From: Anaerolinea sp.
GTDB taxonomy: Bacteria > Chloroflexota > Limnocylindria > Limnocylindrales > CSP1-4
Reading direction: 5' to 3'
Length of the DNA: 64,000 nt
Assembly (NCBI GenBank): GCA_013822395.1
Contig: PNKK01000001.1
Coordinates: forward strand, 20,970 to 84,969
Shown: positions 48,807 through 58,034 of the stretch, one piece after another
Numbering within the stretch: the stretch's first letter is position 1
Layout of the letters: the number at the start of each line of letters is the position of its first letter
Translations under genes and position numbers: made by a program
The notes under the pieces: model-generated
The model's database searches: none
The model's input: the letters and a program-made list of their open reading frames with translations, nothing else
Told to the model about the DNA's origin: nothing

Positions 48807-49008
48807 GCGACGAGGGCGGCCGAATGACAGAACAGCTCGCCGGACTGAACAGCTCGCCGAGAGAACGGCTCGCCGGACCGCGGCGGCGTGGATAGACTGT
48901 CCCGGTCAGCGCAGCGTCCGGGCTGGGCCCGGAGTGGAGGAGGGCGCGCGGCGGTGGCTCGCGCGCAAGGCAAGGCGGCCCTGACGGGCCCCCAAGAGGA
49001 GAGGTGCG

Positions 49009-50100
49009 ATGCAGTTCGCGCGCAGGTCTGCGGTGCTCGCCGCCGCGGCCATGTTGGCGGCGGCCAGCTGTTCCGGCCCGGCGGCCAGCAAGGGTCCGGT
49101 CTCGATTCGTCTGCAGCTCCAATGGCTGCCGCAGGCCCAGTTCGCCGGCTACTACGCCGCGGTCGAGAAGGGCTTCTACAGCGACGAGGGCCTGGACGTC
49201 AAGATCCTGCCGGGCGCGGTCGATATCGTCCCGGCGACCGTCGTCGCGGGCGGCAACGCCGAGTTCGGCATCTCGTGGGTGCCCAAGATGCTCGCCTCGC
49301 GCGAGAACGGCGCGGACGTGCAGGTCATCGGCCAGGTCTTCCAGCGCTCCGGCACCACCGAGATCGCCTTCAAGGACAAGGGCATCACGAAGCCCGAGGA
49401 CTGGAGGGGCAAGAAGGTCGGCACGTGGGGCTTCGGCAACGAGGCCGAGCTCTACGCGGCGATGCTCAAGGTCGGAATCGACCCGGCGAACGCGTCCGAC
49501 GTCACAATCGTGAATCAGGACTTCACGATGACGGCGTTCCTCAACGGCGACATGGACGCCGCGCAGGCCATGACGTACAACGAGTACGCGCAGGTCCTGG
49601 AGTCCGTGAACCCGGCGACGGGCAAGCTCTACACGGCTGACGACCTCGACGTCATCTCGATGGAGAGCGCCGGCACGGCGATGCTCCAGGACGCGATCTT
49701 CGCCTCCGAGGCATGGCTCGCGAAGTCGGGCAACGAAGACGTCGCGGTCAGGTTCCTGCGGGCCTCCTACAAGGGCTGGCAGTACTGCCGTGACAACTCC
49801 GCAGACTGCGTCGACATCGTTCTCAAGGCCGATGCGGCACTCCCGAAGGGTCACCAGACCTGGATGATGAACGAGATCAACGCGCTGATCTGGCCGTCCC
49901 CGAACGGGATCGGGATGGTCGATCAGGCGGCTTGGGACCAGACCGTGAAGATCGCCACCGACGGCAAGATCATCACCAAGGCGGTGGAGAACGGCTTCCG
50001 CAACGACCTCACCGAGAAGGCGCTCACGGACCTGGGTGGCGACACCAAGGGCGCGGGTTTCCAGAAGGGGGTCGTCGAGCTCACCGAGGGCGGCAAGTAG
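49009..50100 (+). CDS. ABC transporter substrate-binding lipoprotein (NMT1/THI5-like, pyrimidine/sulfonate-type SBP)
   Basis: Lipobox LAAASC|SG. Its position at the end of the permease-ATPase-permease operon. NMT1-like fold length of 363 aa. Confidence 0.75.
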   Translation: MQFARRSAVLAAAAMLAAASCSGPAASKGPVSIRLQLQWLPQAQFAGYYAAVEKGFYSDEGLDVKILPGAVDIVPATVVAGGNAEFGISWVPKMLASRENGADVQVIGQVFQRSGTTEIAFKDKGITKPEDWRGKKVGTWGFGNEAELYAAMLKVGIDPANASDVTIVNQDFTMTAFLNGDMDAAQAMTYNEYAQVLESVNPATGKLYTADDLDVISMESAGTAMLQDAIFASEAWLAKSGNEDVAVRFLRASYKGWQYCRDNSADCVDIVLKADAALPKGHQTWMMNEINALIWPSPNGIGMVDQAAWDQTVKIATDGKIITKAVENGFRNDLTEKALTDLGGDTKGAGFQKGVVELTEGGK

Positions 50101-50160
50101 CCGTCACCACGCTGCCCCAGATCGAACGGCCGGCCTCGCGAGGGGCCGGCCGTTCTGACG

Positions 50161-50808
50161 TCACCCCTGCCCCGGGTGGCCGGTACCGAACTGGCGATCG
50201 CCGGCATCCCCGAGTCCCGGCATGATGTAGCCGCGGTCGTTGAGCCGGCGATCGAGCGCCGCGCAGTGGATCTCGATGTCGGGGTGCGCCCGGGTGACCG
50301 CCTCGACGCCCTCCGGCGCCGCGATCAGGTTCACGAGCTTGATCCGGACCGCGCCCCAGCGCTTCAGGACCTCGATCGCCGCCGTCGCCGATCCGCCGGT
50401 GGCGAGCATCGGGTCGAGGATCAGGCAGAGGTCGACGTTCGCGGAATCCGGGAGCTTGTTGTAGTACTCGACCGGGCGGAGCGTCCGTTCGTCCCGGAAG
50501 AGCCCCAGGTGCCAGACCTGGGCGGTGGGCATGAGCTCGAGCATCGCATCCACCATCCCGAGGCCGGCGCGGAGGATCGGCACCAGGCCGATCCGGTCGG
50601 CAAGCTCGGCGGCCTGCATCGTCTCGAGCGGTGTCCGGACCTCGAGGGGCCGGACGCGTGCATCCGCGAGGGCCTCGTAGCCGAGGAGCCACGACAGCTC
50701 GCGGACGATCTCCCGGAACTTCTTCGGCTCGGTCCGCACGTCGCGGAGGATGCCGAGCTTGTGGAGGACGGCCGGGTGCTGGGAGATGTGGAGCGTCGGC
50801 GTCGACAT
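50161..50808 (-). CDS. upp: uracil phosphoribosyltransferase
   Basis: [23 protein letters not shown]... and the PRPP-binding loop [13 protein letters not shown]. 215 aa. Confidence 0.85.
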   Translation of the reverse strand: MSTPTLHISQHPAVLHKLGILRDVRTEPKKFREIVRELSWLLGYEALADARVRPLEVRTPLETMQAAELADRIGLVPILRAGLGMVDAMLELMPTAQVWHLGLFRDERTLRPVEYYNKLPDSANVDLCLILDPMLATGGSATAAIEVLKRWGAVRIKLVNLIAAPEGVEAVTRAHPDIEIHCAALDRRLNDRGYIMPGLGDAGDRQFGTGHPGQG

Positions 50809-51097
50809 CGACGAGGGCCTCTGGCAGGGGTGGTCGCCGCCTCGCCCGGGCGGCATCTCGATGGGCGTCGGCCGAATCGTAGCATCGGGGTTCCGGTTCG
50901 GACGGCCCGCACGAATTGACGCCCCGATCGGGCGTCACTACCGTTGCGGCGAGCGGCCGGTCGAGACCGGACGGACGGCGAGACGAGTATCCACGGCGTG
51001 TCGTCCGGCCATCCACCCGACCGCGACGGTCTGGAAGCTGCTCGGGGCTCCGGCGTCCAGGCGCCTTCCACGCGATCAGGCAGGAGGTTCGCGAATC

Positions 51098-52219
51098 GTG
51101 CCCGCAGCCGTATCCGCCGACCGGCCTCGGACTCGCCGCACGGCGCCACCCGTCCTCGTCCGTCAGGTACGGAACGGTGTCGAGGAGAGCGTCCACCGGG
51201 GCGACATCGTCGAGACCGACGTCAATGGCCGGCTGCTCCGGGCGCTTGGCGATCCGGACCACGTCGTGAACCTTCGCTCGTGCGTGAAGCCGTTCGGGAT
51301 GGTGTCGCTCATCGAGGCCGGCGGGATCGAGGCCTTCGATCTGGGGCCGCCCGAGCTCGCGATCATGGCCAGCAGCCACTCCGGCGAGGATCTCCACGTC
51401 CGGACGCTCCAGGGTGTCTACCGACGGGCCGGTATCAGTCAGTCGCTTCTCGCCTGTGGTGCCGAGAAGATGCCCCTTGACGAGCTGACTGCGGCTCGCC
51501 TTGCCCGCGACGGCGAGAAGGCGAGCCCGGTCCGGCACATGTGCTCGGGTCAGCACTCGGTCTTCCTGCTCCTGTGCAAGCTTCGGGGCTGGGAGCCGGA
51601 CGGCTACTGGTTGGAGGAGCACCCGGCACAGTTGGCGTATCGGGATGTCGTCGCGCGGGCTTTCGGGACGACGACCTCGAAGCTCAGGCTGGGCATCGAT
51701 GGCTGTGGGATCCCGACCTACGCCTTCCCGCTCCGCGCGATCGCCAGAGCCTACGCATTCCTCGCCGACCCCTCGGCGGTGGCGGCGTCCGACACACGGG
51801 CGCCGGTCGCGCCGGCCCTCCGCACAGTCCGCGACGCGATGCTCGCCCACCCGGAGATGGTCGCCGGAACGCGGGACCGGATCGATACCTCGGTCATGAA
51901 GGCGCTCCCAGACCGGCTGGTGTCCAAGGGTGGGATGGAGGCGCTTCGCGGCCTTGCGATCCTCGCCGGCCCGCGCGGCAACGGGGCCCGAGTCCCAGCG
52001 TCCGGTATGGCGATCAAGATCGAGGACGGCGACGGCTACGACCGTGCCACCTGGGCCGCCACGATCGAGGCGCTCCGCCAGGCAGGCGTGCTGTCCGGCC
52101 AGGCGCTGCGGGTTCTCGGGCGCTATCACCGCCCGGTGGAGACGGACCCGCATGGGCGCGTGAGCGCTGAAGCGATCCCGTCGTTCGAGCTGGCGCCATT
52201 GGGCGAGCTCATCCGCTGA
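51098..52219 (+). CDS. asparaginase II-family protein (L-asparaginase, AnsA-type / plant-type-II)
   Basis: GTG 51098 with AGGAGG 10 nt upstream. VEESVHRGDIVETDVNGRLL...SCVKPFG...MCSGQHS match the asparaginase_II family (PF06089). Confidence 0.65.
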   Translation: MPAAVSADRPRTRRTAPPVLVRQVRNGVEESVHRGDIVETDVNGRLLRALGDPDHVVNLRSCVKPFGMVSLIEAGGIEAFDLGPPELAIMASSHSGEDLHVRTLQGVYRRAGISQSLLACGAEKMPLDELTAARLARDGEKASPVRHMCSGQHSVFLLLCKLRGWEPDGYWLEEHPAQLAYRDVVARAFGTTTSKLRLGIDGCGIPTYAFPLRAIARAYAFLADPSAVAASDTRAPVAPALRTVRDAMLAHPEMVAGTRDRIDTSVMKALPDRLVSKGGMEALRGLAILAGPRGNGARVPASGMAIKIEDGDGYDRATWAATIEALRQAGVLSGQALRVLGRYHRPVETDPHGRVSAEAIPSFELAPLGELIR

Positions 52220-52480
52220 CGGGCGCCATACCCGGACCCGCACTGGCAGGCAGTTCTTTCGTGACTCGGCTGCACGAATCTCGTCCAGCAGTCCAGACCA
52301 CGACCGGGCTGAGGTCCCCGGGCGCCCCCGACGGGTTGTGATCTGGGCCACGGGGCAATGCCACGACAGGAATGCATCGAATCGTTGACTGGCGGTCCAG
52401 ATCGCGCTCGCGACCCGCCAGCCCGGGCCGAATCCCCAGGCTTCGCCTGACGATTCGGCCCGGGCGGTGGAAACTGTGCG

Positions 52481-53725
52481 GTGATGGCCGTTGATCCCTA
52501 CCGCGTGCTCGGGCTGCCGCCCGGCGCCTCCGCAGCCGAGGTGAAGCGCGCCTACCGCCGCCTCGCGAAGGCAAACCATCCGGATTCCGCGGGCGAAGCG
52601 GCGCTGCCGCGATTCCTCGAGATCCAGCGTGCCTACGAGACCCTCACCTCCGTGGTGTGGCGTCCCGGGTTGCGGCGTCCCGCCTCGACCGAGCCACGGC
52701 GCGCAGATCCGACACGGGCGCGGTCGACACCAGGGGCCCAGCCGTCCGGTGGTGGGCCATCGAACGGGCGGTCGGGCAGCACCGGGGCGAGCGGGGAGCG
52801 ACGTGCCGGCACGGGGACGAGATCTGGATCGGGTCAGGGGACACGATCTGACGGGTCGACGGGACGGCGTCGCTCAACGAAGAAGGCCACGTTCGGTTCG
52901 ACGACGTACGACGAGACCCACGATCAGGCCGACACAGCCTGGTCCGGGGCCTCCTGGTACGGCCCGACGTCCGGCGAGTACTGGCGGGTCAATCCTCGCG
53001 AGTACGCCGATCCGCGGAAGCACGGGCCGGAGTACCTCGCCCGGGCAGCCGCGCGCGCGGCTGCGGCCGCCGAGCGACGAGCGAGGCAGGAGAGTGTCGC
53101 GAGCTCCGATGCCGGGGCGATCACGGACACAGGACCGGCTCGGCACGCCCGACCTCGAGCGTCCACGGCGGCCACCCAACGTCCCCGGCCCGAGGCCGCA
53201 CGGGAACGAGCCTCCGACCCCGCTTCCCGGCAACGACCCGCCTGGACGCCGCCGGCACGGCGATCGGGCGTCGGCGCCGCCACCGCCTCCACCACCGCCG
53301 AGATCGGCACGGATCGTTCAGAACGCCCCGCGGTCAATCTTTCCCCGGGCGCACGCCGCATCCTCCGCGCCGTCGTCGCATGGCCGCCCCTCGGGATCGC
53401 CGCGGCCGCCGTCATCGGCGAGGCAACAGGCTGTGCCGCGTTTGAGGCCACCTGTGCGCCGCCGGCGGACCTCTACCCATGGTTTGCCCAGAGTGCCATC
53501 GTCCTTGCCCTCTTCGCCGTCCCGGGCGTGGCTCGCGTTTTCGCTGGGGGGACGTTGGCCGTCGCGATCCTGGCGTTTCCGGTTGCCGCCGTCCTGTCGG
53601 CCGGCGGCGCCAGCTACGATCGAACATACGGGCCGGCCGCGCTCATCGTGATCCTCGCCATCGTCTGGGCCGTTGGGGTGGGGGCCGCACTCATGCGACG
53701 GGTCGTCACCAGATGGCTGCCCTGA
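52481..53725 (+). CDS. J-domain (DnaJ-like) protein with low-complexity linker and C-terminal multi-TM domain
   Basis: DPYRVLGLPPGASAAEVKRAYRRLAKANHPD is a J-domain carrying the HPD tripeptide. The C-terminus has about four hydrophobic helices. Confidence 0.7.
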   Translation: MMAVDPYRVLGLPPGASAAEVKRAYRRLAKANHPDSAGEAALPRFLEIQRAYETLTSVVWRPGLRRPASTEPRRADPTRARSTPGAQPSGGGPSNGRSGSTGASGERRAGTGTRSGSGQGTRSDGSTGRRRSTKKATFGSTTYDETHDQADTAWSGASWYGPTSGEYWRVNPREYADPRKHGPEYLARAAARAAAAAERRARQESVASSDAGAITDTGPARHARPRASTAATQRPRPEAARERASDPASRQRPAWTPPARRSGVGAATASTTAEIGTDRSERPAVNLSPGARRILRAVVAWPPLGIAAAAVIGEATGCAAFEATCAPPADLYPWFAQSAIVLALFAVPGVARVFAGGTLAVAILAFPVAAVLSAGGASYDRTYGPAALIVILAIVWAVGVGAALMRRVVTRWLP

Positions 53726-53744
53726 GTCGTATCCTCCTCGACGC

Positions 53745-54483
53745 ATGACCCCCACGCACGGCTCCCGACGCCATGTCGGCCAGGACCTGTCCGGCGCGGC
53801 GCAGGAGTACCTGCTCGCCCTCCGAGTGATGGCCGGCGACGGCTTGCGCGTCACCGCGGCACAGGTCGGTCGCCGGCTTGGCGTGAGCACCCAGGCCGCG
53901 AGCGAGATGTTCCGGCGGCTCGTCGCAGACGGCCTCGTGATCCAGGCGGACGGCCGCGAGCTCGTTCTCACGGCGGCGGGTCGCACCGCCGCAGACGGGA
54001 TCTTCCGCCGCCATGCCCTGTGCGAGTGGCTCCTCACCGAGATCGTCGGACTCGGCTGGGCGGAGTCGGACGAAGAGGCGGAGTGTCTCCAGGCGGTGAT
54101 CTCGCCGCGGGTCGAGGCGATGCTCGACGAGCTTCTGGGCCACCCGGAGACCTGCCCCCACGGTAACCCGATCGATGTCGAGGCGCGAAGCGGCGTCCTG
54201 CCGGGGTCGGCTGGCCGAGGTCAATGCCGGCGAGAAAGCGACGATCTATCGGATCACCGAGGAGGCGGAGGAGGACGCCGGCCTCCTCTCCTACCTCGAG
54301 GCACGCGGCCTTCGGCCGGGCGCGCCGATCACCGTCCTGGCGCGCTCGGAGTCGCTCGATTCAATGACCCTCGACGGCCCGCTCGGCCGGGCGACGCTCG
54401 GCCTCCGGCCGGCGGCCCTCGTCCGCGTGCTGCCGGGCACGGCAGACCCGTCGCTCTTCCACCGCGTCCCGAGCCGCAGCTGA
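53745..54483 (+). pseudogene. DtxR/MntR-family metal-dependent transcriptional regulator, frameshifted between the dimerisation domain and the C-terminal FeoA/SH3-like domain
   Basis: Frame 1 carries the HTH and metal-binding domains (…EYLLAL…LGVSTQAASEMFRRLVADGLV…ETCPHGNPIDVEARSGVLPG). Frame 2 (54175-54483) carries RLAEVNAGEKATIYRITEEAEEDAGLLSYLEARGLRPGAPITV, a FeoA-like domain. Removing one G from the GGGG run at 54203-54206 fuses them seamlessly (…SGVLPGRLAEVNAG…). Confidence 0.55.
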
Positions 54484-54542
54484 GCCACCGGGCCGGACCG
54501 CGTTCAGCGGCCCCGCGCCGCCCGCGCCCCTAGAATCCGTCC

Positions 54543-56039
54543 ATGTCCGACATCCGCGTCCGAATCGCCCCCAGCCCCACCGGGCCGCTCCACATCGGGA
54601 CGGCGCGGACGGCGCTCTTCAACGTCCTGTTCGCCCGGCGGCACGGCGGCACGTTCATCCTCCGGCTCGAGGATACGGACGTCGCCCGGAGCACCCTGGC
54701 GTTCGAGGCGGACATCCTCGCCGGTCTGCACTGGCTCGGGATCACCTGGGACGAAGGCCCGGACTCGGCCGGCGGGGAGGACCACGGGCCGTACGGCCCG
54801 TACCGGCAGATGCTGCGCCTGGCGCGCTACGCGGAGGCGGCCGCGGACCTCCTCGCCCGAGACCTCGCCTATCCGTGCTACTGCACGCCCGACGAGCTCG
54901 ACGCGGACCGAAGGGTCCAGGAGGCGGCGAAGCAGCCGCCGAGATACGTCGGCCGGTGCGCCGCACTCACGCCCGCGGAACGGGAAGCCCGCGTCGCCGA
55001 GGGCCGGGCGGCGGCGACCCGCTTCCGCGTCGCACCCGGGGTGATCGGCTTCGACGACGCCGTTCGCGGGCGCGTGGAGATCGACACGGCCAACCTGGGC
55101 GGAGACTTCGTCATCGTCCGGGGCGACGGGACGCCGCTCTACCACTTCACGGTCGTCGTGGACGATGCTGCGATGCGGATCAGCCACGTGATCCGGGGCG
55201 AGGACCACCTGTCGAATACCCCGAAGCACATCCTCCTCTTCCGGGCCCTCGGCCACCCTGAGCCGGTCTTCGCGCATCTCCCACTCATCCTCAACCCCGA
55301 CCGGACGAAGATGAGCAAGCGGAAGAGCCGGACCGCGATCTCCGACTACATCGCCCAGGGCTTCATTCGTGAGGCGCTCGTCAACTACCTGGCGCTCCTG
55401 GGCTGGTCCACCGGATCCGAGGAGGAGATCCTGTCGTTCGACGAGATCGCCTCGCGCTTCGACCTCGACCATGTCCAGAAGGGCGGTGCGGTCTTCGATC
55501 CCGAGCGCCTCGAGTGGATCAACGGCCAGTGGATCCGGCGCCTGGACGACGACGACCTCGCCGCCCGGCTCGGCCCGTTTCTCGAGGCCGAGCACGCCGC
55601 CGGCCGCATCGACCGGACGCCGACGGCGGACGAGATCCGGACGGTCCTGCCGATGATCCGGGAGCGCCTGCCGACGCTCGGCGCGGTCGGCGACCTGATC
55701 GGCTTCCTGTGGGTCGACGAGTTGACGGTCGATCCCGCCACGATCGTCCCCAAGCGCTGGGACGCGGCGACCACTGCGACCGCGCTCGCCGCCGCCCGCC
55801 AGGCCATCGCCGCGGTCGGTGATGTGAGCTTCGAGTCGGAGGAGATCGAGCCGCCCCTCCGTGCGCTTGCCGAGCGGCGCGGCTGGAAGGCCGGTGACCT
55901 GTTCATGGCGATCCGCGTCGCCGTGACCGGCCGGACAGCCACGCCACCGCTGTTCGATACGCTCGTCGCCCTCGGCCGCGACCGCGCGCTCGCCCGCCTG
56001 GACGCAGCCGTCGCCGGGGTCGTCTCCCTCGTCGGCTGA
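54543..56039 (+). CDS. gltX: glutamate--tRNA ligase
   Basis: HIGH motif PSPTGPLHIGTART and KMSKS motif KMSKRK. Confidence 0.9.
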   Translation: MSDIRVRIAPSPTGPLHIGTARTALFNVLFARRHGGTFILRLEDTDVARSTLAFEADILAGLHWLGITWDEGPDSAGGEDHGPYGPYRQMLRLARYAEAAADLLARDLAYPCYCTPDELDADRRVQEAAKQPPRYVGRCAALTPAEREARVAEGRAAATRFRVAPGVIGFDDAVRGRVEIDTANLGGDFVIVRGDGTPLYHFTVVVDDAAMRISHVIRGEDHLSNTPKHILLFRALGHPEPVFAHLPLILNPDRTKMSKRKSRTAISDYIAQGFIREALVNYLALLGWSTGSEEEILSFDEIASRFDLDHVQKGGAVFDPERLEWINGQWIRRLDDDDLAARLGPFLEAEHAAGRIDRTPTADEIRTVLPMIRERLPTLGAVGDLIGFLWVDELTVDPATIVPKRWDAATTATALAAARQAIAAVGDVSFESEEIEPPLRALAERRGWKAGDLFMAIRVAVTGRTATPPLFDTLVALGRDRALARLDAAVAGVVSLVG

Positions 56040-56118
56040 GCCGCGCCTTCGGACGGGTCCGGGCAAATCGAGACCCGGGCAAATCGAGCGTTAACACGCG
56101 CCGGTATCCTCGACATCG

Positions 56119-56811
56119 ATGGCCCGCACGATCCTCGTCGTCGAAGACGAGCCGACCCTCCGAGAGACCCTTGCGGAGGCGCTCTCAGCCGACGGCTTCC
56201 GGGTTACCCAGGCCGGCGACGGGCGGGCGGCCCTCGAACGGTTCCGCGCCGACGCTCCGGACCTTGTCCTGCTCGACCTGATGCTCCCGGAGCTGTCCGG
56301 GATCGAGGTCTGCCGGATCATCCGTGCCGAGTCCGCGGTCCCGATCGTGATGCTCACGGCGCGCGGCTCCGAGGTGGACAAGATCGTCGGGCTGGAGCTC
56401 GGGGCGGACGACTACGTCACGAAACCGTTCAGCCTGCGCGAGCTGTCGGCGCGGATCCGGGCGATCTTCCGGCGGGCCGAGCAGGTCGCGAGCACGGGCG
56501 GTCCGTCCATCGTGGATCTCGGCGGTGTCCAGGTGGATCTCGCCGGTCATCGCGTCCTGAAGGACGGCCATGAGATCCAGCTCAAGCCGAAGGTCTTCGA
56601 GCTCCTCGCCTTCCTCGTCCGCCATCCCCGCCAGGTCCTGACCCGCGACCAGCTTCTCGAGAGCGTCTGGGCCTACGACTACGCGGGCGAGACGCGAACG
56701 GTCGACGTCCACGTCCACTGGCTCCGCTCGGCAATCGAGCCGGACCCGGCGAGGCCGGTCCTCGTCCAGACGATCCGCGGTGTGGGCTACGTCCTCCGGC
56801 CCCCCGCCTGA
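56119..56811 (+). CDS. OmpR/PhoB-family two-component response regulator
   Basis: Receiver domain ILVVEDEP...DLVLLDLMLP contains the Asp phosphorylation site. Winged-helix output domain carries the HVHWLR motif (trans_reg_C). Confidence 0.85.
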   Translation: MARTILVVEDEPTLRETLAEALSADGFRVTQAGDGRAALERFRADAPDLVLLDLMLPELSGIEVCRIIRAESAVPIVMLTARGSEVDKIVGLELGADDYVTKPFSLRELSARIRAIFRRAEQVASTGGPSIVDLGGVQVDLAGHRVLKDGHEIQLKPKVFELLAFLVRHPRQVLTRDQLLESVWAYDYAGETRTVDVHVHWLRSAIEPDPARPVLVQTIRGVGYVLRPPA

Positions 56812-56842
56812 CTGCAGCGGGCGACGCACACAGGCCGCTCCA

Positions 56843-57850
56843 TCAGAGGACCCGGCTGAGAAGCTCCCAGGCGAGCCACGCGACGAAGCCCGAGGCCGGG
56901 ATCGTCAGGACCCAGGCCACGATGATGTTCCCCGCCACCCCCCAGCGCACGGCCGACAGGCGGTCGCTCGCACCGACACCCATGATCGCCGACGAGATGA
57001 CGTGGGTCGTGGAGACCGGCATCCCGAAGGACGACGCGCCCAGGATGATCGTGGCGGCCGTCGTCTCCGCCGCAAACCCGTGGACCGGGTCCAGCTTGAC
57101 GACCCGCTGACCCATCGTCCGGATGATCCGCCAGCCGCCGGCGGCGGTCCCGAGCGAGATCGCGGATGCGGCCAGGATGATGACCCACAGCGGGATCTTC
57201 GCGTCCTGGGGGAGGATGCCCGCGGCGATGAGGGCGAGGGTCATGATTCCCATCGTCTTCTGTGCGTCGTTCGAGCCGTGGCTGAAGGCCATGAACGCCG
57301 CGGACAGGATCTGGAACCGTCGGAACCGGTCGTTGAGCTTCCGCGGATGGAAGCGCCGGAAGGTGTTCATCAGGACGACCATGAACAGGAACCCGACCAG
57401 CACCCCGAGGATCGGAGAGGTGACCAGGGGCAGGACCACCTTGCCGAGGATGCCGTCCACCTTCAGGGCGCCGGTCCCGGTCGCGGCGATCACGGTGCCG
57501 ATGAGGCCCCCGATGAGGGCATGACTGGACGACGACGGGATGCCCAGCCGCCAGGTGATGAGGTTCCAGGCGATCGCGCCCACGAGGGCCGCAGCGACGA
57601 TGATCTGGCCCTCGGCACCGTCCGGTGTCGAGGCGATCCCCGACGCGATCGTCTTCGCGACGGCCGTACCGGTGAGTGCGCCGACGAAGTTCGCCGTCGC
57701 GGACATCAGGATCGCGTGGTCCGGGCGGAGGGCCCTGGTGGACACCGACGTCGCGATCGCGTTCGCGGTGTCGTGGAAGCCGTTGATGTAGTCGAACGCC
57801 ACGGCGAGCGCGAGCACGATGAGGAGCAAGAGGGTCACGCCGTCGGGCAC
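56843..57850 (-). CDS. pitA: inorganic phosphate transporter, PiT family
   Basis: PHO4-family motif FDYINGFHDTANAIATSV, repeated as GSNDAQKTMGIM in the second half. Confidence 0.85.
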   Translation of the reverse strand: MPDGVTLLLLIVLALAVAFDYINGFHDTANAIATSVSTRALRPDHAILMSATANFVGALTGTAVAKTIASGIASTPDGAEGQIIVAAALVGAIAWNLITWRLGIPSSSSHALIGGLIGTVIAATGTGALKVDGILGKVVLPLVTSPILGVLVGFLFMVVLMNTFRRFHPRKLNDRFRRFQILSAAFMAFSHGSNDAQKTMGIMTLALIAAGILPQDAKIPLWVIILAASAISLGTAAGGWRIIRTMGQRVVKLDPVHGFAAETTAATIILGASSFGMPVSTTHVISSAIMGVGASDRLSAVRWGVAGNIIVAWVLTIPASGFVAWLAWELLSRVL

Positions 57851-58034
57851 GCCGGGAAGGCTAGCAGGTCACCGGCTGGGCCGACCCACGCTTCTGCGCG
57901 CGCGAGCTCACGCACGGTCCATGTGCGCTCGTTCGCGTGCTCGGCGCCGTCTTCGCGTGGGCACGGCCGAGCCGGCGCCCACGATTCTGCTGGCTCACGG
58001 CGCGGCTCCCGGGTGCGCCGCTATCCTTCCCGAA

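Noticed and set aside
50081-52579. 832-aa minus-strand ORF
   Set aside because: It is antisense to upp and the asparaginase gene. There is no motif, and third-position GC bias is consistent with the opposite-strand genes.
53673-54533. Single 286-aa ORF from the track for the DtxR locus
   Set aside because: Its last ~110 residues are Arg/Pro/Gly nonsense, created by read-through after the frameshift. The real C-terminal domain is in the +1 frame (54175-54483).
54504-56066. 520-aa minus-strand ORF
   Set aside because: It is antisense to gltX, which has unambiguous HIGH and KMSKS motifs.
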